A stretch of DNA of 64,000 nucleotides from Bacteroidota bacterium (GCA_046335555.1 JBKDHA010000169.1:9048-73047); one strand, 5' to 3'. Shown: positions 49,568-60,859, numbered from the stretch's first letter. The notes: generated by a model from the sequence alone, not told the origin. Numbers and translations: made by a program.

Positions 49568-50020
49568 CTATTCTTTATTTTGTGAATCAATTACAATTGT
49601 TACTGGCCCATCGTTGAGTAATTCAACTTTCATGTCAGCTCCGAAAACGCCTGCCGCAACCGGTTTTCCTAATTCAACCGACATTTTATCCAGAAAGCTT
49701 TCGTAGAGCGGAATTGCAACCGGAGGTTTTGCAGCGCGGATATACGAAGGCCGGTTTCCTTTTTTGGTTGAGGCATGCAATGTGAACTGACTGACCACCA
49801 AAATTTCGCCACCGATGTCTCTGACTGAAAGATTCATCAGTCCGGCATCATCACCAAAAATGCGGAGAGCCGCAATTTTCTGACTCATCCAATTAATGTC
49901 TTCTGATGTGTCGGCATCTTCAAAGCCGGCCAGTACCAGCAAGCCATTGTTAATTTGGCTGTGCAGATTGCCGTCAATTGAAACGGAGGCTCGGGTAACA
50001 CGTTGTATAACGCAGCGCAT
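49568..50020 (-). CDS. dtd: D-aminoacyl-tRNA deacylase
   Basis: MRCVIQRV...SQFTL...NDGPVT motifs. Start moved to MRCV (about 150 aa). Confidence 0.9.
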   Translation of the reverse strand: MRCVIQRVTRASVSIDGNLHSQINNGLLVLAGFEDADTSEDINWMSQKIAALRIFGDDAGLMNLSVRDIGGEILVVSQFTLHASTKKGNRPSYIRAAKPPVAIPLYESFLDKMSVELGKPVAAGVFGADMKVELLNDGPVTIVIDSQNKE

Positions 50021-50417
50021 AGTTCTGCGAATGTACGAATACATGGTCGTTGCGGATGTTTGTTGCAACGAGTTATTTTGATCTCCAGAAATGAAATGAA
50101 AAGTAAACTGAGCCCTTAAAATTATTTGATTGATAATCAGCATAAAAAAAATAATGCAATGTTTTAATGTACCTAAGTATGTGACATTAGATTTTTAGTT
50201 TCGTTATTGGTGTTTAAATAGATGATTCTTGTTTTTCCGAATATTTACCCATCAAATCTAATGTCTGAATTAACATAATTTAAAAACACCATTTTCGTTA
50301 ATACACGTCTAACCCATAGAAGAGTTAACCCCACGGCTTTCTATCTCAACTTTTATCCGCTTACATTTTATTAAAAAAGCATCTCCGAATCCATATTATC
50401 AATCAAATTACAGGCAA

Positions 50418-51173
50418 ATGACAAAACGCATTAATGCAGTGCTGGTAGATGATGAGCCGTTTCTGATAAATGTACTTACTAATTTACTGGAACGACATTG
50501 CCCGCATATACATATAATCGCCACATTTAATTCGCCTGAAGAGGCGATAGAGGCAATTCCAGATTTATATTTTGAGTTGCTTTTTTTAGATGTTGAAATG
50601 TCGGTAATGACAGGTTTTGAAATGCTTGAAAGACTTGGTGTTCATTCGTTTCGTGTAATTTTTGTAACGGCCCATGATACCTACGCAATAAAAGCATTTC
50701 GTAATAATGCACTCGATTATTTACTGAAGCCGGTAGATGCTGATGAATTAAAAGCGGTAGTAAAAAAATTCGGAAAAGAAGTATTAAGTGAGGCTTTGGA
50801 GTCGGCAGAGAGTAAACAGTTGATGCCCCCGTATGAAAACGAGCAGATGCAGCGGTTGCCGATAGCTTCGTCTGATGGAATACATATAGTTGATGTCGAA
50901 AATATTATTTATATGGAAGCATCATCAAATTATACAACATTTTATTTCCGGCAGGGTAAATCAATTACAGCATCACGCAATCTTGCTTTTTTTGAAGACC
51001 AGCTTCCCAAGTCCAAATTTTTCAGAGCGCATAATAGTTTTCTGATACAGTTGCGTTACATCACTCGTTACATCCGCGGAGAAGGCGGATTTGTGGAGAT
51101 GGTGGATGGCCGTCAATTAGAAGTTTCAAGAAGACGCAAGGCTGATTTGTTGCGCACATTGAATATTAGTTGA
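50418..51173 (+). CDS. LytTR family two-component response regulator (no cognate kinase adjacent)
   Basis: Receiver domain (VLVDDEP...FLDVEM) and C-terminal LytTR DNA-binding domain. Confidence 0.9.
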   Translation: MTKRINAVLVDDEPFLINVLTNLLERHCPHIHIIATFNSPEEAIEAIPDLYFELLFLDVEMSVMTGFEMLERLGVHSFRVIFVTAHDTYAIKAFRNNALDYLLKPVDADELKAVVKKFGKEVLSEALESAESKQLMPPYENEQMQRLPIASSDGIHIVDVENIIYMEASSNYTTFYFRQGKSITASRNLAFFEDQLPKSKFFRAHNSFLIQLRYITRYIRGEGGFVEMVDGRQLEVSRRRKADLLRTLNIS

Positions 51174-51237
51174 GAAAAAGCAACAGTTCCCAAGACTATT
51201 TCGGGAACTGTTGCTTTTATAACGATTCGGTTCAGAA

Positions 51238-53259
51238 CTATCGGTTAATGATAAGACGATCCTGTTTTACCACTTTGTTATTTACAGTAAGCTGATAGAT
51301 ATAGATTCCATCTGCAAGCTCATCAAATGTAAGTTGTTGCCCCGAAGTTGTAAGACTACGCGAAGCTACACTGCGTCCGCTCATATCTAGAATCTGCACC
51401 TGTACGGCATCAGTTTCTTCGGCTTGGTAGTTGAATGTGAATGTTCCGTTGCCCGGATTCGGGAATACACTGGCTTGCTGTTGGCTCACACTGTTATCAG
51501 CAGTTCCAGCTTTGCGGCATCCGAATGGTGTAAAGAACAATACATCCGTAGTTGTTTCTCCACAACGATTAGTCATTGTAAGTGTAACTGTGTAAGTTAC
51601 AAATCCGCTTCCGCCTGTTGTGAATGGCTGTGCTACAGTTGTACTGCTCAGTGTGAGTCCGGCCGGAGATGAAGTCCATACATATGTAGCGCCAGCAATA
51701 GCAGGAGTTCCTATCGGATCGCCAATACAACCACCGTCGGGACCTGCATTTGCCACTTCATTTACGCAGGGAGCTTCAAAACAGTTGATTTGTGATTTGG
51801 GAAAAGGAAACGATTCTATTTCTAATATAGCAGGAACTGTAAGTGTTCCGTTTGCAACTGTGGCTGCTGTTTGCGTTGTAATGTTATTCGACTCAAGTGT
51901 AAGCAATACATCCAGATAACTGCATGGAGGTTCTTCGGACGAACCCGAGCTTCTGATCAGTTCAAGACGTATATCTGAATTATACTCTCTGCGATAACCG
52001 AAATAATAATTTTCACTATTGCGGCGAGAAATCAACATTTCAGGTGTAAAAATATCAGGCATACTGGTTGAATTTCCTAATGTCATAAACGGTGTGCCAA
52101 AGCCATTTAAGCCTCCACACGGAATTTCGTTATAGCGGTCAAAATTTACTGCACCATTGGTAAGATTCAAATCGGCAATAAACGGAACTTTACTTAAAAC
52201 CGTATTCCCAAGAGCATCAGTAACATTTACTCCAGCCTTCATTCCGGCAACTGTCAGTACGTTTATATTTGAATTGTCTATTTTAATAGAATAACCATAA
52301 GCATCAATAGCTGAAGGATCAATATACCCATATCTGCGATTTGTAGCAGGGGTGGACACTGTGGTACTGGTAAGAGTAAACTCTGTAACTACAAAACCAC
52401 GTGAACTTGAGTTGTTGGAAAGTACGAATAGTTTATTGGCTATTGCATCATAAGCAGCCGAAGCCCCTACTTCATTTGCAGTCGATGTTGAGGTTTTATA
52501 TGATCTGTTGAAGGAAATTGCTCCTGTTGTTTTATTTAACCAGATTGCTAAAACTGATTTTACACCCCCGGTAGAATTACTTTGATTACGTGTACCTGTA
52601 ATAAAATATCCCAATGAGGTTTCAATCCCGAAATCACACATATCCCAATCGTTTGAAGCTGTTGATGTGGTGTTGATAAACTTCCGCCAAACAACATTCA
52701 GGCTTTGATTTATTTTTATAGCAATGCCTTGTTTGGAGCTGCTGTTCAGTGTTCCGGCATAATAAAAACCAGTTACAAAGAAATTTCCATCCTGTGTTTG
52801 AAATGCGTGTAAAGCATTGCCTGCAAGTGTTCCGCTGGTATAATATCTGTGATTCAGTAAATTGCCGAATCTGTCAATGATCCAAACGTGCGGACGAAGA
52901 ATGCCTCCTTCTACCGATGCACCGGAGATAATATAACCGTTGTTTGCTCCTCCGAAATTGTAGCTATTTACATTATAACAATATTCGTTAGTCCCACCGT
53001 TTATTCTTACCGACCAACCTACTTTTCCAAAACGATCGTATTCCAATACTTCAATGTCTGCAGTATCTGAAGGTGAATTTGTACTTGTAACTAATGTGCC
53101 TGCGGCAACAACTCCAAACGGATCAATAGGATTGCCGACCATTGAATAGCCGAGCATTTTTTTTCCTGTAGTATAAGTAGAAGTTTGACTGTCTGCGCTG
53201 GCGTATGTGGCTACACACATTAGCGCAGAAGTGATTAAAGTTTTCATAATTGTTTTCAT
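51238..53259 (-). CDS. Large secreted protein with T9SS C-terminal sorting domain
   Basis: Signal peptide. C-terminus VFPNPGNGTFTF...DMSGRSV...DGIYIYQL...LIINR matches the T9SS CTD. Confidence 0.75.
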   Translation of the reverse strand: MKTIMKTLITSALMCVATYASADSQTSTYTTGKKMLGYSMVGNPIDPFGVVAAGTLVTSTNSPSDTADIEVLEYDRFGKVGWSVRINGGTNEYCYNVNSYNFGGANNGYIISGASVEGGILRPHVWIIDRFGNLLNHRYYTSGTLAGNALHAFQTQDGNFFVTGFYYAGTLNSSSKQGIAIKINQSLNVVWRKFINTTSTASNDWDMCDFGIETSLGYFITGTRNQSNSTGGVKSVLAIWLNKTTGAISFNRSYKTSTSTANEVGASAAYDAIANKLFVLSNNSSSRGFVVTEFTLTSTTVSTPATNRRYGYIDPSAIDAYGYSIKIDNSNINVLTVAGMKAGVNVTDALGNTVLSKVPFIADLNLTNGAVNFDRYNEIPCGGLNGFGTPFMTLGNSTSMPDIFTPEMLISRRNSENYYFGYRREYNSDIRLELIRSSGSSEEPPCSYLDVLLTLESNNITTQTAATVANGTLTVPAILEIESFPFPKSQINCFEAPCVNEVANAGPDGGCIGDPIGTPAIAGATYVWTSSPAGLTLSSTTVAQPFTTGGSGFVTYTVTLTMTNRCGETTTDVLFFTPFGCRKAGTADNSVSQQQASVFPNPGNGTFTFNYQAEETDAVQVQILDMSGRSVASRSLTTSGQQLTFDELADGIYIYQLTVNNKVVKQDRLIINR

Positions 53260-53458
53260 AGCCGTATATTTTGGTTTCGGCTAAAAGTATTCTTTGGAAT
53301 TGCCCTTCCGCAATCACCAATGAGCAAATTGCGGGATCAATTGTACAAATGGCGGTATTCGATAATCATGGTTATCACATTCAATAAATACTGCAAATAA
53401 TTTAACGATAACTAGATCTGTTGATAACCACATTCTGTTTAACAATGCGATACTATTT

Positions 53459-54982
53459 CTACAAATTCGCAAACACATCGCGCAATGATTTTCCGGTTGA
53501 ACGGCTGATGAGCCAGAGTCCGGTTTCGTCAATGAGCAAGTCTCGTGCGCCGCTGTTTGCTAATTCTTTGTGTTCTTCCAATGCTGTGGCAAAGACTTGT
53601 TTTTTATCACGTTCACCTGTAGTTTCCTGCAGGTTTCTGAGTGTTCGGAAAAGCCATTGTTCAAACTTCCCGAAGAGGTTATGTTCGCGCAGGTGACGTT
53701 GTGTGCTTCGCATGAGTGTTTCCAGAAAATCATCGTTGCGGCCGAGTTCGAAATGCAGTATGAGCTGGAAAAGCCGCGCCGCGTGCTGTATATCTCTTCG
53801 CACATCGGGGTGTTCGCGGCGGCGCAAAAGATTAAGCGCCCGCAATGCATCGCTGAATCGTTCGTGCAGAAAATACAGCACAACCACATTGTAAGTAAAA
53901 CTCAGCATACGCGCCACCGGAAGTTTTCGCTCAAACATGCGAAGTCCGTTTTCGATTTCAGGAAGCAATTGCAGGCCTTCATCTAATCGCCGCATGTTCA
54001 TGAGATACAGCAGTTCGAGAAAAGCACCGTTTCTGAACACCTGATAGCGTACTTCGCGTGATGTGTTCTCAAGTGCCTTCATTTTCTGAATTACGGCCGA
54101 AAACTCGTCAAACATCCGCAACTGAAAACAGCTTGTGAGATAGTTGTTGAGCACATTGATATAACGCAGTACTTCATCGCGCAACTGATGCGGCTGCGCT
54201 TCGTAGTGATTCATAAGCCGCTGCAAATGACTGCGCGATTTTTTATGATCGCCGGCCAGCACTGCCAGATCAGAGAGCGTATTGAGGCGCAAGACTTCGG
54301 CGCTGAACGTATGTGTTGGCGAGCGTTTCCGGAGCAGGGCATTGCGCAAAAACTCACTCACAATTTCGGCCCGGGCTGCTGCAGGTTGCTGGCGCGCACT
54401 GCGAATATGCAGGTGCAGCCGGTCGTAAAGCCGCCGGAGTTCAAGCTCGGTCTGAAGCTGCGCCATTGCCAGATTCTCATCAGCCTCCAGCTGATTGAGC
54501 AGTGTTTCGGTATGACGGGTTTGCTGGAGGCGGACAATTTTTCGTTCTGTGGCGAGCAGTTCGAGCAGAAGTTGCGGCTTTTCGTAAAACGCAGCCATTT
54601 TTCGCGATTTTCGGAGCACGGCCATGGCCTTATTCACCAACCCCTTTTCGAGCAAAAAATGAATATCGTGAAGCCGTGCTTCAAGCTGCCGCGTAGTATT
54701 GGCTTCATCGGCAAACTGCCGCATACTTCGTAAAATGAGCGCTGAAAGATAGCTCTTGGCCGCCCGCAATGCCGGTTTGCGCCCGGCCGCTTTCAGTTTT
54801 TCAAGCACAGCCTGTTCTTCATACACATCGCCTTGTGATGCCTGATCGTCAATTGCATCGAAAATCAATACATAGTCGTTTGTATCGCCAACAACATGGC
54901 GCTGGGCAAACAACTTGAAATATCGCTTTTCGGTTGGCGAAAGGCTGGAAATGAGTTGAAAAAGGCCTTTATCTTCCTGCAT
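53459..54982 (-). CDS. Hypothetical all-helical (TPR-like) protein
   Basis: 507 aa, arginine- and leucine-rich helical repeats. No catalytic motif recognised. Confidence 0.45.
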   Translation of the reverse strand: MQEDKGLFQLISSLSPTEKRYFKLFAQRHVVGDTNDYVLIFDAIDDQASQGDVYEEQAVLEKLKAAGRKPALRAAKSYLSALILRSMRQFADEANTTRQLEARLHDIHFLLEKGLVNKAMAVLRKSRKMAAFYEKPQLLLELLATERKIVRLQQTRHTETLLNQLEADENLAMAQLQTELELRRLYDRLHLHIRSARQQPAAARAEIVSEFLRNALLRKRSPTHTFSAEVLRLNTLSDLAVLAGDHKKSRSHLQRLMNHYEAQPHQLRDEVLRYINVLNNYLTSCFQLRMFDEFSAVIQKMKALENTSREVRYQVFRNGAFLELLYLMNMRRLDEGLQLLPEIENGLRMFERKLPVARMLSFTYNVVVLYFLHERFSDALRALNLLRRREHPDVRRDIQHAARLFQLILHFELGRNDDFLETLMRSTQRHLREHNLFGKFEQWLFRTLRNLQETTGERDKKQVFATALEEHKELANSGARDLLIDETGLWLISRSTGKSLRDVFANL

Positions 54983-55140
54983 GATGTCTGATTTATAATA
55001 GCAATAAATCAGTCAAATATATTATTTAAACATAAGTAATTAAAGAGTATTCAAGTTTTAGATATCTGATTTAAAATAAAGATTGGTTTCTCTGCTTATA
55101 AAGGTCAATCTACTTTCGTTTCAGATAACAGCAAAAGCCC

Positions 55141-55290
55141 ATGAAAACCGCCTCATTTCCAGTCATTAAACCTTCAAAACCGGCATCAAAGCCGGGACAG
55201 AATTCCAAATGTCGTTTGCGCAAGCGCCGCAACGATATGTCGGGTTCCGTTGTTACCGTTGAGTTTATGTTATTGAAAGGCTTCGCTTAG
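55141..55290 (+). CDS. Possible small basic protein (49 aa)
   Basis: ORF MKTASFPVIKPSKPASKPGQNSKCRLRKRRNDMSGSVVTVEFMLLKGFA. Not in the ORF track, which starts at 60 aa. Intergenic position. Speculative. Confidence 0.2.
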   Translation: MKTASFPVIKPSKPASKPGQNSKCRLRKRRNDMSGSVVTVEFMLLKGFA

Positions 55291-55365
55291 TACTTCTTTT
55301 GTTGCTGCTCAAACCCTTAATATTGCCCCCGAAAACCAGTCAAACCCAATAACAAACCAGAATCT

Positions 55366-55725
55366 ATGAAAAACATCTTTAAAACTTTTGCAGCCGCTCT
55401 GCTGCTCACAGTCGGACTTTATTCCTGCTCAACCGATAAAGAAGCGGTGGTGTATGAAATCATCGGCACAACTGATATTTCAGATGTCATTATTGTACAT
55501 CACGAACCTGAACCTTGCGATACAATTATTTCGCACAGCGATAAAGTTGGAGGTTCAGTTGCTCAGTTCCGTTTCAAGAAAGATCAGTACACCATGTCTT
55601 TCGGATGTAATGCCATCAATTTTACACCTTCTTCCGGAGGAGCCGCCCCGACACAAATTCAGATCAACAACGGGGTGAAAGTCTGGACAGACGGGAATGA
55701 CTGGGCCGTTTGCCGGATACCCTGA
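55366..55725 (+). CDS. Hypothetical lipoprotein
   Basis: Lipobox (LTVGLYSCS). 119 aa. Confidence 0.45.
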   Translation: MKNIFKTFAAALLLTVGLYSCSTDKEAVVYEIIGTTDISDVIIVHHEPEPCDTIISHSDKVGGSVAQFRFKKDQYTMSFGCNAINFTPSSGGAAPTQIQINNGVKVWTDGNDWAVCRIP

Positions 55726-55777
55726 TGCGTGACCGGCCGGGTGAGCACCGGCCGGCTCTTTTCTTTTCGTTCTTTGA

Positions 55778-56716
55778 CTATTCGTAAGCTTTGTCTAATT
55801 CATCACCATTAATAATGGCGAGGTAGCAATGGTAGCGGGTAAGCGCAATTTCACCTTTTTCAATTGCTTCCTGTATTGCACAACCGGGTTCATTGAGATG
55901 CAGGCAATTGTTGAAGCGGCATTGTCCGAATCGTTCACGCATTTCAGGAAAAAAATGTGAAAGTTCGGCACGTTCCAGATCTACAATGCCAAATTCTTTG
56001 ATGCCCGGCGTATCAATAATCCAACCATTGTCCAGCGGGTGCATTTCGGCAAAAGTTGTGGTGTGCATGCCTTTATTGTGAGCTTCCGAAAGTTTTCCGG
56101 TACGCAAACTCAATTCAGGACAAAGAGCATTAATCAATGTGCTTTTCCCAACGCCCGAATGGCCGGCAATCAGACTCACCTGATTGTTCATTTCATTTCG
56201 GAGCTCGTTCACCGCAGCTTCATCATTGGCCGAAATGAAATGGCATCCGTAGCCGAGACTGGTGTATAAACCCATCAGCTGTTCAACATAATCGCAAAGC
56301 TCTTCATCGAGCAAATCGCGTTTGTTGAAAATAATGGAAGCCGGAATGGAATACGCCTCGGCAGTGACTAAAAACCGATCAATAAAACCGGTTGAAGTAC
56401 GCGGCTCAATGAGTGTAGCCATTACATAGGCCCGGTCGATGTTGGCGGCAATGATGTGCGTTTGTTTCGAGAGATTGGTAGAACGCCTGATAATATAATT
56501 GCGGCGCTCATGCAGTTTGCTGATTGTATTATCGCCATTGGCTTCGCGCAGCACATCTACACGATCACCAACAGCAAGCGGATTGGTATTCTTGGTGTTC
56601 AGTCCGCGAATACGGAACTGTCCTTTGATACGGCATTCAATATATTCAGCTGTATCAAGATGAACCACATACCAGCTCCCGGTCGATTTTACCACTATTC
56701 CGGATAACGCACTCAT
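55778..56716 (-). CDS. rsgA: Ribosome small-subunit-dependent GTPase A (RsgA/YjeQ)
   Basis: Circularly permuted GTPase (NKRDL...GHSGVGKSTLINAL). C-terminal zinc finger (CRFNNCLHLNEPGCA). Start moved to MSALSG. Confidence 0.9.
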   Translation of the reverse strand: MSALSGIVVKSTGSWYVVHLDTAEYIECRIKGQFRIRGLNTKNTNPLAVGDRVDVLREANGDNTISKLHERRNYIIRRSTNLSKQTHIIAANIDRAYVMATLIEPRTSTGFIDRFLVTAEAYSIPASIIFNKRDLLDEELCDYVEQLMGLYTSLGYGCHFISANDEAAVNELRNEMNNQVSLIAGHSGVGKSTLINALCPELSLRTGKLSEAHNKGMHTTTFAEMHPLDNGWIIDTPGIKEFGIVDLERAELSHFFPEMRERFGQCRFNNCLHLNEPGCAIQEAIEKGEIALTRYHCYLAIINGDELDKAYE

Positions 56717-56780
56717 AGCTTGAAATATCTGCACGAAGCTACGCAATAACTTACAGCATATACCCTTACACAACCTACCC

Positions 56781-57254
56781 ATGATTTCCGCCGAACGCCA
56801 TCTGGCCGCCTTTCTTCGCAAGAAACGCTTTGCCGAACCTGTTGATCTTGTGCTTGATAATCAGCTCCCGCAGGGCTTATTATCAGTAACTCCCGATGCC
56901 GCAGATTTCAGTCTCGAATATCTGCTGTTTGTATGCAAGACCGAGCGACTGAAAGGTCTTGAGCAAATAGTTTCACATCTTATCAGCAATGCTTCTGTAG
57001 CCGAAAAACTTCAGTTTGCCTACGGCGGCTACGAATTTATGGTGCCGCTTCCGGCCGATGAAATGGAGCAGTGCGGTAATTTATTTTACCGAAAACTCAG
57101 CTTCCCGGTCGAAATCTGGCAATACCGTCAACTGCTTACCGGCAACACCCAAACCGGAGAGCCACAGTACCGCAAAATTGTTGTGAAAACCCGCAAACTC
57201 CTTACTTATTACCAGTGCGAACACCGCACACCTGAGTACGCTGCCGTTAGTTAA
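56781..57254 (+). CDS. Hypothetical protein
   Basis: 157-aa ORF without recognisable motifs. Confidence 0.4.
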   Translation: MISAERHLAAFLRKKRFAEPVDLVLDNQLPQGLLSVTPDAADFSLEYLLFVCKTERLKGLEQIVSHLISNASVAEKLQFAYGGYEFMVPLPADEMEQCGNLFYRKLSFPVEIWQYRQLLTGNTQTGEPQYRKIVVKTRKLLTYYQCEHRTPEYAAVS

Positions 57255-57378
57255 GAATTGTCGTTTCCTTCCCTCCGAATGCCGGATGTAATCGTTCACT
57301 GCGATTACACCGGCATTCATACTTTTTCACACTCGCCAGCGTTTTGTTACTTTTGAGACTTAATCATATCTAAGTACT

Positions 57379-58296
57379 GTGTCAATAAAGGTCGAATACA
57401 TCTCGAAAATTTACGGCAAGCAGCGTGCGCTTGATAATGTGTCGTTTGAAGTAAACAGTGGTGAAATCGTTGGTTTTCTCGGGCCAAACGGTGCGGGCAA
57501 ATCTACCATTATGAAAATTCTCACCTGCTTTATTCCGCAGGATGCAGGAACCGCTTCAGTAAATGGTTTTGATGTGGCATCGCAGTCGCTTGATGTGCGC
57601 CGCAGCGTGGGTTATCTGCCCGAACATAATCCGCTGTATCTGGATATGTATGTGAAAGAATACCTCGAATTCATTGCAGGTATTCACAAAATAGCCAATA
57701 AAAAACAGCGTGTTGATGAAATGGTGCAGCTCACCGGTTTGGAAATCGAGCAGCACAAACGCATCGGTATGCTTTCTAAAGGTTACCGCCAGCGAGTTGG
57801 ACTTGCACAGGCGCTTATTCATGATCCGAGTGTGCTTATTCTCGACGAGCCAACCACAGGTCTCGATCCGAACCAGCTTGCCGAAATCCGCGAACTCATT
57901 AAGCGTATCGGTCAGAAAAAAACGGTAATGCTTTCAACGCACATCATGCAGGAAGTTGAAGCACTGTGCAGCCGCGTTATCATTATCAATCAGGGACGCA
58001 TTGTAGCCAATGATGATACTGCAACGCTTCAGCAGGGCACTCAAAACCGTATGGTGGTTGTAGTGGAGTTTGATAAAGAACCCAACCGTCATGATATGAA
58101 ACGCCTGCCCGGTGTTGAAGATGTGCAGCCGGTGCGCGCCAATACGTGGCAAATTATTACCGCTGCCGATAAAGATATTCGCCCTGATATTTTCCGCTTT
58201 GCAGTTGAGAACAAACTCACCGTACTCGAAATGCAGCGCGAAGAGCGGCGCATTGAAGATGTGTTTAAGGAATTGACCGGAAAAAAGAAATCCTGA
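57379..58296 (+). CDS. ABC transporter ATP-binding protein (ABC-2/GldA-like)
   Basis: Walker A (GPNGAGKST), signature (LSKGYRQRVGLA), Walker B (LILDEPTTGLD). 305 aa with a C-terminal extension. Confidence 0.85.
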   Translation: MSIKVEYISKIYGKQRALDNVSFEVNSGEIVGFLGPNGAGKSTIMKILTCFIPQDAGTASVNGFDVASQSLDVRRSVGYLPEHNPLYLDMYVKEYLEFIAGIHKIANKKQRVDEMVQLTGLEIEQHKRIGMLSKGYRQRVGLAQALIHDPSVLILDEPTTGLDPNQLAEIRELIKRIGQKKTVMLSTHIMQEVEALCSRVIIINQGRIVANDDTATLQQGTQNRMVVVVEFDKEPNRHDMKRLPGVEDVQPVRANTWQIITAADKDIRPDIFRFAVENKLTVLEMQREERRIEDVFKELTGKKKS

Positions 58297-58302
58297 TCTG
58301 CT

Positions 58303-59100
58303 TTATATTTTCCTGATCCGCAAACAGCGATACCGTTTCAATTCGGTATTTGCAGCATAACCATCTGCAACTTCACGAAACACTTCATCGCCCGTATGCC
58401 AGGGAATTCCGGTGAGAATGTATTGTTTGCCGACTACAAAAAAATCTTTCCCGTAAGCATTCACACAAGGCACAGCAAACAGCATTTCGCGATATTTTGT
58501 GCCTTTGTCGAAGTAGCGTTCGCTGAATTTCAGCATCACATACATTTCTTTGTGTGCACTGTCGCAACCGGGCAGTAAAGCCGGTAATTCAACCAATGTT
58601 GCAATTACAATTAATGAATCGCCGTGGTTGTTTTTCTCAGGATCATCAAACCTAACCGGAATACTGTCGGGCGGATTGGTAATGTAAAACCCGGCATTGT
58701 TCATCGGCGGCAAAATATTCCGCAGTTTGATGTAATAATGAACCGAATCGCCTTTCACACTGCGCCAGCTGAAAAAGCCCTTTCCGCCTTTGCGCAGCAG
58801 TTTTATAGCATTGCGGAAACCGGCATCAATTTGCTTTTCGTTCAGCTCAAGCAAATAGCCTCCGCGAAATTGTTTCAGGCTGCTTTCTGTAATTTGTTTC
58901 CGGCTGTTGTCGTAGCGCACATAGTCAATTACCGCACGGTTACTGTCGGTTGGCAATTCGCCTTTTCCGGGTTTTACAAGCGAGTAAACAATCCCGGTAG
59001 CTGAAGTTTGTGGCGCATTCATTTTCCAGCGCGGCGGTTTGGCAGCACTTACAGCGCAAGGAATCATCAAAATCAAAAACAACAGAATCGGTCTGCTCAT
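58303..59100 (-). CDS. Secreted protein with possible FKBP-type PPIase-like N-terminal domain
   Basis: Signal peptide. 'SGIVYSLVKPGKGELPTDSNRAVIDY' resembles the FKBP N-terminal strand pattern. Weak support. Confidence 0.4.
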   Translation of the reverse strand: MSRPILLFLILMIPCAVSAAKPPRWKMNAPQTSATGIVYSLVKPGKGELPTDSNRAVIDYVRYDNSRKQITESSLKQFRGGYLLELNEKQIDAGFRNAIKLLRKGGKGFFSWRSVKGDSVHYYIKLRNILPPMNNAGFYITNPPDSIPVRFDDPEKNNHGDSLIVIATLVELPALLPGCDSAHKEMYVMLKFSERYFDKGTKYREMLFAVPCVNAYGKDFFVVGKQYILTGIPWHTGDEVFREVADGYAANTELKRYRCLRIRKI

Positions 59101-59227
59101 GGCGTAAAAATGCTTATTTCAAACGGTTTCCGCAATTATTGCGAGTAATGTAATGCGAAGTTTAAGGAGATGTTGTGAACGCCAAAAAATCGTACTTTAG
59201 CGCTCCAATTCAAATCCGTACCTATCA

Positions 59228-60469
59228 ATGTCTTATCTCTTCACTTCCGAGTCAGTTTCGGAAGGTCACCCCGATAAGGTGGCCGATCAGATTTCAGATG
59301 CGATTATCGACGCATTTCTGACCTACGATCCCAACGCTAAAGTAGCTTGCGAGACCTTTGTAACGACAGGTCTTGTAGTGATCGGCGGCGAAATCAAAAC
59401 CACTCCCGAAGCAAAAGGTAAAGTGGATGTGCAAGAAATTGCACGCGATGTGATTCGCCGCATCGGCTATACCAAATCTGAATACCAGTTTGACGCAATT
59501 TCATGCGGCATTCTGAATGCGCTGCACGAGCAGTCGTCAGACATCAACCAGGGTGTTGACCGCGGCAAAGAAGCCGAGCAGGGTGCTGGCGACCAGGGAA
59601 TGATGTTTGGTTTTGCCTGTCGCGAAACCGACAACCTGATGCCGCTGCCGCTCGAACTTTCGCACATGCTCCTGCGCGAACTCGCAGCAATCCGCCGCGA
59701 AGGAAAAACAATGAAATATCTGCGTCCTGATGCAAAATCGCAAGTTACAATTGAGTATGATGACAATGGTTCACCCCTGCGCATCGACACAATTGTTGTG
59801 AGCACACAGCACGATGATTTTGCTGCTGATAAAAAGATGCTCGATCAGATTCGCAAAGACATTATCAATATTCTTGTTCCCCGCGTTAAAAAACTGCTTC
59901 CTGCACGTGTGCAGAAACTGTTTGGCAAAGACATCAAGTATCACATCAATCCTACCGGCAAGTTTGTAATTGGTGGTCCGCACGGCGATACCGGTTTGAC
60001 CGGCCGCAAAATTATTGTGGATACCTACGGCGGACGCGGAGCACACGGTGGCGGAGCTTTCTCAGGAAAAGACAGCTCTAAAGTTGACCGTTCTGCAGCT
60101 TATGCAACACGCCACATTGCTAAAAACTTAGTAGCTGCCGGCATTGCTGATGAGTGTCTCGTTCAGGTGGCTTATGCTATTGGTGTTGCCGAGCCGGTTG
60201 GCCTGTATGTGAATACTTACGGCACATCAAAAGTGAAAATCAGCGATGGCGAAATTGCTGCAAAAGTTGCCAAGCTGGTAGATATGAAACCCGCTGCAAT
60301 TGTAAAGCGTTTCGGTCTCAAAAATCCGATTTACGGTGAAACCGCAGCTTACGGCCACATGGGTCGCAAGCCGGGTATCAAAACCGTTAACGGTAAGAAA
60401 TACGAAACTTTTGGCTGGGAAAAGCTTGAGCTGGTTCCGGCATTTAAAAAGGCTTTTGGAATCAAGTAA
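59228..60469 (+). CDS. metK: S-adenosylmethionine synthetase
   Basis: N-terminal [25 protein letters not shown]-type motif. [10 protein letters not shown]-loop. Confidence 0.95.
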   Translation: MSYLFTSESVSEGHPDKVADQISDAIIDAFLTYDPNAKVACETFVTTGLVVIGGEIKTTPEAKGKVDVQEIARDVIRRIGYTKSEYQFDAISCGILNALHEQSSDINQGVDRGKEAEQGAGDQGMMFGFACRETDNLMPLPLELSHMLLRELAAIRREGKTMKYLRPDAKSQVTIEYDDNGSPLRIDTIVVSTQHDDFAADKKMLDQIRKDIINILVPRVKKLLPARVQKLFGKDIKYHINPTGKFVIGGPHGDTGLTGRKIIVDTYGGRGAHGGGAFSGKDSSKVDRSAAYATRHIAKNLVAAGIADECLVQVAYAIGVAEPVGLYVNTYGTSKVKISDGEIAAKVAKLVDMKPAAIVKRFGLKNPIYGETAAYGHMGRKPGIKTVNGKKYETFGWEKLELVPAFKKAFGIK

Positions 60470-60487
60470 TTTTTATTGCTTAGATGT

Positions 60488-60518
60488 AAAAAAACCGCAG
60501 ATTTTCTGCGGTTTTTTT
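60488..60518 (+). terminator. Rho-independent terminator after metK
   Basis: aaaaaaccgcagattttctgcggttttttt: perfect 8-bp stem plus T7. Confidence 0.8.
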
Positions 60519-60859
60519 GTTGTATATAGCTTGTTGTATTCGATATAAGACGCTGTTTTTCAGATTTTAAGATTGGATGTTATGTGGGTTTTCCCTATAT
60601 TTAGGAATATGGAAATTATGGGAATAAAAGAAGCAGTTACTAAGAGGCCCGCAATGTATTTTGGCAATGTAACAGAATGGTTTTACAATCTTCTTAATTT
60701 CTTTTTTCGAAACAAGACTGATTTATCGATTAACATTTATCATCAGAAGAACAAATTACAGTTGTATTGTTCTCAGGAATTGGAATTAATACGGACAGGT
60801 AATTTCCTTATATAAAACTTAATGATAATAAAGAAGTTAATGAGCGCGACAACGATGGT

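Noticed and set aside
57379-58296. Calling the ABC ATPase gldA (gliding motility)
   Set aside because: No gldF or gldG permease genes are adjacent, so only a generic ABC-2-type ATPase call is justified.
59101-59227. Looked for a SAM riboswitch (SAM-I or SAM-II) in the metK leader
   Set aside because: The 127-nt leader is AT-rich. It lacks the conserved S-box elements and lacks an AAAGCU-type SAM-II pseudoknot motif. No riboswitch is supported.
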